From Tubiluchus corallicola (lineage: Eukaryota; Animalia; Priapulida): a stretch of DNA of 64,000 bases. Below, piece after piece: positions 62,301 to 64,000 of this stretch. The notes beneath the pieces are model-generated. The model was not told the DNA's origin. It was given only the letters and a program-made list of their open reading frames with translations, and made no database searches. The position numbers were made by a program, and so were the translations under genes. The stretch is taken from NCBI GenBank assembly GCA_030141605.1, contig JAQGDQ010000288.1:70621-134620 (forward strand), given 5' to 3'. Position 1 is the first letter of the stretch, and each line of letters begins with the position of its first letter.

Positions 62301-64000
62301 AAGTGAATCAGTTTTTTCTTCTATGAAAACGTCAGAGGTAATACTAGACAAAAGAGAAGAAAGAAAATGCTGAAAAGAAAAGTTTGCTAGACAAAATTCG
62401 CTTCTTTATTACTTAGGTATTACTTTATTATATTCTCTAATAGGTCCAGTTCTAAGCAATCTGTTTTGTCTTCAATTGGTTTGCTAGCGTTATTTTGTGA
62501 TGATTCTGATTTCGTTGAAGCGGACTTTATATTTGACTGTTGTGCAAATTTATTTTGGGTCATTTGCCCAAACTTTGTGCAATCTTAATTTTTTAGATTG
62601 ACGTACGTTCCACGAGCAGCCATAAATAAATTGGAAAAGCTGGAAGTCTTGGACGTCAGCTACAACTTGATTGCAGTGTATGGAAGAACTTCATCTCAAT
62701 GGTCTGAACGAGCATATCAGTCTTTGACAAAACTTGACATGTCTCACAATCATCTCACCACACTTCCTTCTTCTGCCTTTGCTTCCATGGGTAATCTGCA
62801 AGAAATTCTTCTAGACTGGAATTTTTTGCAAAATATCAACGCCGGAATCTTTCTCGGGCTTGCGGATTTGAGGATCCTATCCGCCAAACACAATGCCATT
62901 CAGAGCGTCTCTCCTTTTGCTTTTACTGGTCTGGTCAGTTTAGAATCCTTGGACTTGTCGAATAACTACATTGGTACTGACGGGCTATACGACACGTCTT
63001 TTGCCTCATTGACTAGCTTGATAGAACTTCGTCTAGACTCAAATGCGCTCGACACATATCCAGTTACTTCAATTCAGATTCTTCCAAACCTGAGGAAATT
63101 GTCGATGTCTCATAACAGCATCTGGCAGATTCCCAGTAACAGCTTCAGTGCTTTGGGAAACGTGGAGTACTTGAATTTTTCTTCCAATGTGGTGTCTTAT
63201 ATATGCGAAAATGCTTTTGAGGGCGTGACAAATGCTATAGACATAAACTTTGATGATAACAATGTTAAATACGTGTTAGAAAACACGCTGATTGACAAAA
63301 CTGGAGTGGAAGATATCTGGCTTAATGGTAAGTGAAAAAGAAATCCGGTAGCATAAATGTGTTTATCACTTGTTTGCGTCTAGTCTAGTGTGGTTTGCTC
63401 ATGTCAAAACTGTAGATTATTACTTCCTGTGGCCACTGGTGCAAGATGCTCGAGACTAATTATCATTCGACGATGCCTGTTCCAGTACAGTTTACTCGCG
63501 ATTTGGCCCATTTTTTACAATTTGCAGGGTTGGTTGAGCCCTTGAACTAATGTCTTATGTCTATTGTCTAATGTCTATGCCCCTATCCCAGGTGCCCCTA
63601 TACCGTTTTGGTAAGCTTTCTACGTTTGCCAGTTAACATGAATTAAAAAAGGATGCGTAAGAAAACTCGATGCCAAAATGTAGTGATGAAGTGAAATGAA
63701 AAATTGGCGTGCTGGTTCCCTCAGAATCCGCGCTGCTCGCGGATTAACAATTTGTTGAACTACAACAACAAAAATAACTTGCAAATCCAAGTTAAGTTTT
63801 ATTGTTACCCTAAAAGTCTTGGACAGTTCATTGCCACAAATACGTTGATTACTATATTTTTATAGGAAACAGTATACCATGCGACTGCAATCACCTTTAT
63901 TTGAAGGAAAATAGGGCAATAACCGTGTGGGCCTATTGCGCCCCACCCTCACCAGCCCAGGGATATCCATTTGATTTTGTTCCCATAGACCAGTTTCAGT
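24315..64000 (+). CDS. Giant multi-cassette leucine-rich-repeat protein with signal peptide (>=8 LRRNT-LRR-LRRCT modules, >3,370 aa, runs off the window)
   Basis: 23 GT-AG exons, all phase-compatible, summing to 10,120 nt with no stop seen; LxxLxLxxNxL repeats; eight CP...CxC caps and eight (G/I)N(P/S)xxCxC caps. Confidence 0.88.
24960..25460. repeat. Purine-rich low-complexity tract (AAAAG/AAGAG)n
   Basis: Direct reading; ~500 bp almost entirely A/G. Confidence 0.95.
25624..25838 (+). CDS. LRR gene exon 2
   Basis: AFRNLRNLRELRI...LDLSKNYLEYIG; tag / gtaatg. Confidence 0.9.
28196..28386 (+). CDS. LRR gene exon 3
   Basis: NAFLGLTSLKTLHIERNNIYSVCPEAFSGL...INLS; not in the ORF track. Confidence 0.9.
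28478..28715. repeat. MITE-like element of the CTCGC/GAGAG family
   Basis: Imperfect inverted ends agattagagagcaaaatttgct ... agcaaattcgctagtct; internal actcgc motifs as at 7822 and 58660. Confidence 0.5.
29688..29887 (+). CDS. LRR gene exon 4 (LRRCT1)
   Basis: GNPIECGCDL...CPFREATTEGM; ttgcag / gtgagc. Confidence 0.88.
30343..30545 (+). CDS. LRR gene exon 5 (LRRNT2)
   Basis: IYECPTSTSVFYPCEC...TFPG. Confidence 0.87.
31351..31486 (+). CDS. LRR gene exon 6
   Basis: NRFPPLNLMEL...LDLSHNQLDK; gtatgt donor. Confidence 0.9.
32110..32410 (+). repeat. Interspersed non-autonomous element with GACCTT motifs and an ACAGAC microsatellite
   Basis: ggaccttgcgacctttagctttgaccttc...tgtgccaaaattgg...acacacagacacacagatg plus a terminal hairpin-like end; this layout is common in marine invertebrate genomes. 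Confidence 0.5.
32440..32660 (+). CDS. LRR gene exon 7
   Basis: IPIEHIHNMVTIERLDLSWN...YLNNNLLK; gtgagt donor. Confidence 0.9.
33678..33890 (+). CDS. LRR gene exon 8
   Basis: LFMGMFNHMNSTRYLYLYSN...LFLNHN; gtgagg donor. Confidence 0.9.
33935..34037. repeat. (GA)n microsatellite
   Basis: Direct reading. Confidence 0.95.
34230..34603 (-). mobile_element. Solo LTR (Gypsy-like), 374 bp
   Basis: TGTT...AACA termini; ATAT duplicated at 34226-34229 and 34604-34607; TATAAAAG on the minus strand near 34561-34568; CpG-rich relative to flanks. Confidence 0.7.
34717..34942 (+). CDS. LRR gene exon 9
   Basis: LTDINAYVFSYLDD...SGNIISS; gtaagt donor. Confidence 0.9.
34968..35235. mobile_element. Palindromic Penelope-like non-autonomous element with hammerhead-ribozyme motif
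   Basis: ~115-bp inverted arms; minus strand 35069-35031 reads TGT-GTGAGCA-T-GACATG-taac-CATGTC-GAAA-CGTT-GCA; related copy at 51008. Confidence 0.7.
36080..40486 (-). CDS. Nested antisense gene exon 2: predicted secreted basic/acidic tandem-repeat protein (1,468 of 1,483 aa)
   Basis: 4.4-kb uninterrupted ORF; acceptor ttttatacag|GTG at 40486; 186-bp and 198-bp in-frame repeats. Confidence 0.9.
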   Translation of the reverse strand: MAVVESGKPKNARTAGQPNEYRNRKLEFQQNNDKRGISSIGSEAANNEKQNNERQDNVIPVGRKRSGRYVQSNFNAGKRKRQRYRRTHSVYAAEKHEAAEENDPGLLKHKITRNNISYRGLVQKATLRSFNKSNNDRKNRKQKNSRPKRRKRTKNATPKSKKQNKGSKSDVTAKKQGITYGSFASTKSEEPHDYDFKIVKVVSTEQTKKQQNNKKRRRTENVLKSNLSKHPSKNFGSRYTDIRKNRSSRAKQARNRIKKQNKRKAKGSKQKSKTGDFVVDRILRKLKKSAATKPRHGRYGSKTVRNNKHDLIIPEKDVYELVSIEKNRNKNADGHQISSISEGPVYDFVETGGKIAGEQKVKVLPEKYVHEIVAEEQKQKFSGYETDSAGYKNVNAKSPGYEISSIPEEHVYDFIESGSKSVDEHKVRVVPEKYVHEIVVEEQKQKFSGYQTDSAGYKNVNAKSPGYEISSIPEEHVYDFIESGSKSVDEHKVRVVPEKYVHEIVVEEQKQKSSGYETDSALHENANAKHPGYDINVIPQEHVYDFVEAGSKITDEQNVKVIPEKYVHAFVAEQQKQQSYADDRYESENAKNPNYKISVIPEGLVYDIVESGIKTGDQQKVRVVPVKDVHKFIAEEQEQKYKASSGYETDSTGHEYGDAKIPDYQIHTISEGQVYDLIQARSKTVDNQRVRIVPVKNVHEFVAEQQKQKLHTPTGEYENVKSPDYNIRVVPEGQLYDLVESANNKNKDSREVVKIISETDIHELVGEGQKVKTNLNKPKNRNVETPSYQVRIIPEDQVYDLVSSIDNVNIGSQKDLKVITEEDIYDVVGEGRQVPTSKSNRKNVEEPGYKIQAISEDQLFDLVKETDNSGTSVQTAIKVIPAEEIHDFVVEEEKVASPRISKSENVEEPGYKVHTIQEDQLYDLVKEADDSGTSVQTAVKVIPAEEIHDFVVEEQKIASPRISKSEAVEEPGYKVHTIQEDQLYDLVKEADDSGTSFQTAVKVIPAGEIHDFVVEEQKIASSRISKSEDVEEPGYKVHTIQEDQLYDLVKEADDSGTSVQTAVKVIPEEEIHEFVVEEQKVASPRISKSEAVEEPGYKVHTIQEDQLYDLVKEADDSGTSVQTAVKVIPAGEIHDFVVEEQKIASSRISKSEDVEEPGYKVHTIQEDQLYDLVKEADDSGTSVQTAVKVIPEEEIHEFVVEEQKVASSRISKSEDVEEPGYKVHTIPEDQLYDLVKEDYDSGTSVQTAIKVIPEEEVHKFVAKEPGIGYKSTGVEKPDYEVRVIPEEQVHSLVKLADVISTDDADKDINVLREKDVYDFVADEDRSSDSGQYGYAESNYETTTSLDGHEYETEIVVEYPAMEYGHPTTVDYGYGTDFYTFTATTEIYGTTETVVYGTTVGYGYGEDSSPRVYEVIVDEGVNKTGKSFPYDAPDEHGYERNLGYASPEELERHSGYDIYEVVVDEAEYK
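41160..41560. repeat. Compound (CAA)n/(GAT)n/(CAAA)n microsatellites
   Basis: Direct reading. Confidence 0.95.
41625..41910. repeat. Degenerate ~15-bp-period minisatellite (ACCAAA/TACTAA cores)
   Basis: gtactaaactttcct / agcaccaacctttcc / gcaccaaaaattgct / gcaccaaacttactg / gcaccgaagtaacc. Confidence 0.6.
42025..42340 (+). mobile_element. tRNA/5S-rRNA-derived SINE with (TA)n tail
   Basis: A-box-like TAGCCGACTGGT, then AAGTTAAGCCATGTCTAAGCTGGTTAGTAAGGGGATGAATGACTGCC (42064-42110) colinear with 5S rRNA boxes A-IE-C; ends in (TA)n. Confidence 0.65.
43189..43233 (-). CDS. Nested antisense gene exon 1 (signal peptide MRRQVFIGLISYCCL)
   Basis: aaataATG at 43233, 15 codons, CTT|gtaagt donor in phase 0; joins VAVVES-GK to complete a signal peptide. 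Confidence 0.8.
43880..45060 (+). mobile_element. Degenerate LINE fragment (APE endonuclease C-terminus to RT N-terminus)
   Basis: STLDHF...NLSDHSPL (APE), NDSRQFWR, KLKRGKSDG..GL, HLFNSML, SYRGI; stops and frameshifts. Confidence 0.85.
45070..45205. repeat. (GGAT)n/(GACA)n microsatellite
   Basis: Direct reading. Confidence 0.9.
45382..45508 (+). CDS. LRR gene exon 10
   Basis: VCRGAFSGLSRLRKLRLNDNRFQYLLENSFEGASIPRELLLNG; bridges the 10.4-kb intron in the right phases; not in the ORF track. Confidence 0.9.
45870..46870 (+). mobile_element. Degenerate CR1-like LINE 3' end
   Basis: HKHLGI...KWD, LYKSMIRPILE, RR.FHKL.LFYEI.N...P.YL, YNLRN, HARLRAGFSQLN; disrupted. Confidence 0.8.
47113..47874 (+). 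CDS. LRR gene exon 11 (LRRCT2, linker, LRRNT3)
   Basis: GNPISCDCN...CDIRDKDVC...CPLEDSLAPCSC...DLDLS; gtgagt donor. Confidence 0.9.
48099..48257 (+). CDS. LRR gene exon 12
   Basis: GNVIEEIEPNAF...IDLSENDLT. Confidence 0.88.
49182..49290 (+). CDS. LRR gene exon 13
   Basis: DGLPYGVLNGLINLYAIHLDSNKLTDINDHIFQDC; not in the ORF track. Confidence 0.88.
49664..49840 (+). CDS. LRR gene exon 14
   Basis: RLYTLTVSHNLL...LDHLFINDN; not in the ORF track. Confidence 0.88.
49905..50126. repeat. (GGTT)n degenerate microsatellite
   Basis: Direct reading. Confidence 0.9.
50238..50374 (+). CDS. LRR gene exon 15
   Basis: LENLCWGAFENLIDLEQLYLANNNL...CDING; not in the ORF track. Confidence 0.88.
51008..51260. 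mobile_element. Second palindromic Penelope-like element with hammerhead motif
   Basis: Same family as 34968; minus strand TTGC-GTGAACA-T-GAC...GTC-GAAA-CGTT; plus arm GAC...GTCGAAACGTTGCAG...AATAAA. Confidence 0.7.
51406..52662 (+). CDS. LRR gene exon 16 (LRRCT3, furin-type site, module 4)
   Basis: GNPIICDCN...HRRRKRQ...INDNII. Confidence 0.93.
53111..53248 (+). CDS. LRR gene exon 17
   Basis: GQVCRKAFEG...NRIDVR. Confidence 0.88.
53486..54530 (+). CDS. LRR gene exon 18 (LRRCT4, module 5)
   Basis: GNPIYCDCN...CPEAEDITPCKC...LSTLYI. Confidence 0.93.
55413..55708 (+). CDS. LRR gene exon 19
   Basis: RNAIDNIRFEDFFGL...EIIFLD. Confidence 0.9.
56644..57984 (+). CDS. LRR gene exon 20 (LRRCT5 and module 6 repeats)
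   Basis: GNPLACDCN...CPRQELINPCTC...VMDLS; phase 1-1. Confidence 0.93.
58657..58850. mobile_element. MITE-like element (CTCGCAAG/GAGAG family)
   Basis: Inverted ends GTTCGGACTA ... TAGTCTGAAC; related to 7822 and 28478. Confidence 0.6.
60136..61996 (+). CDS. LRR gene exon 21 (LRRCT6, module 7, start of module 8)
   Basis: GNPILCDCN...INPLDCDCN...CPPFTLILPCTC...IILAQN. Confidence 0.93.
62597..63327 (+). CDS. LRR gene exon 22
   Basis: LTYVPRAAINKL...EDIWLN; gtaagt donor. Confidence 0.92.
63866..64000 (+). CDS. LRR gene exon 23 (LRRCT8, truncated by the window end)
   Basis: tatag acceptor; GNSIPCDCNHLYLKENRAITVWAYCAPPSPAQG... Confidence 0.85.

Noticed and set aside
24315-64000. Naming the LRR gene Slit, chaoptin or Toll
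   Set aside because: Eight capped cassettes and no EGF, LamG or TIR domain in the window do not fit those architectures; no symbol assigned

Overview
AT-rich, intron-rich animal genomic DNA, most likely a non-arthropod invertebrate; the taxon cannot be fixed from this window. I reconstructed four protein-coding genes by hand, checking splice sites and reading-frame phase. (1) The last 9 exons of an SLC28/CNT concentrative nucleoside transporter (+, 1903-14494), including one GC-AG intron. (2) A single-exon GT10 alpha-1,3-fucosyltransferase (+, 17971-19146). (3) A giant signal-peptide-bearing leucine-rich-repeat gene (+, 24315 to beyond 64000; at least 23 coding exons, >3,370 aa). It is built of at least 8 tandem LRRNT-LRR-LRRCT cassettes joined by a conserved Cys/Asp linker, one of which carries a furin-type site. 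(4) An antisense 2-exon gene nested in intron 9 of the LRR gene (-, 43233-36080). It encodes a ~1,483-aa predicted secreted protein with a Cys-free mature chain, a very basic N-terminal block and ~16 acidic 60-66-aa repeats that I cannot assign to a family. Non-coding highlights: two palindromic Penelope-like elements carrying hammerhead-ribozyme motifs with a swapped G3-C8 core pair, three 5S-rRNA-derived SINE heads, a solo LTR with ATAT TSD, a hAT-type MITE with 8-bp TSD, LINE fragments, and a decayed orphan ORF flanked by direct repeats. All coordinates are manual reads; no database searches were run.
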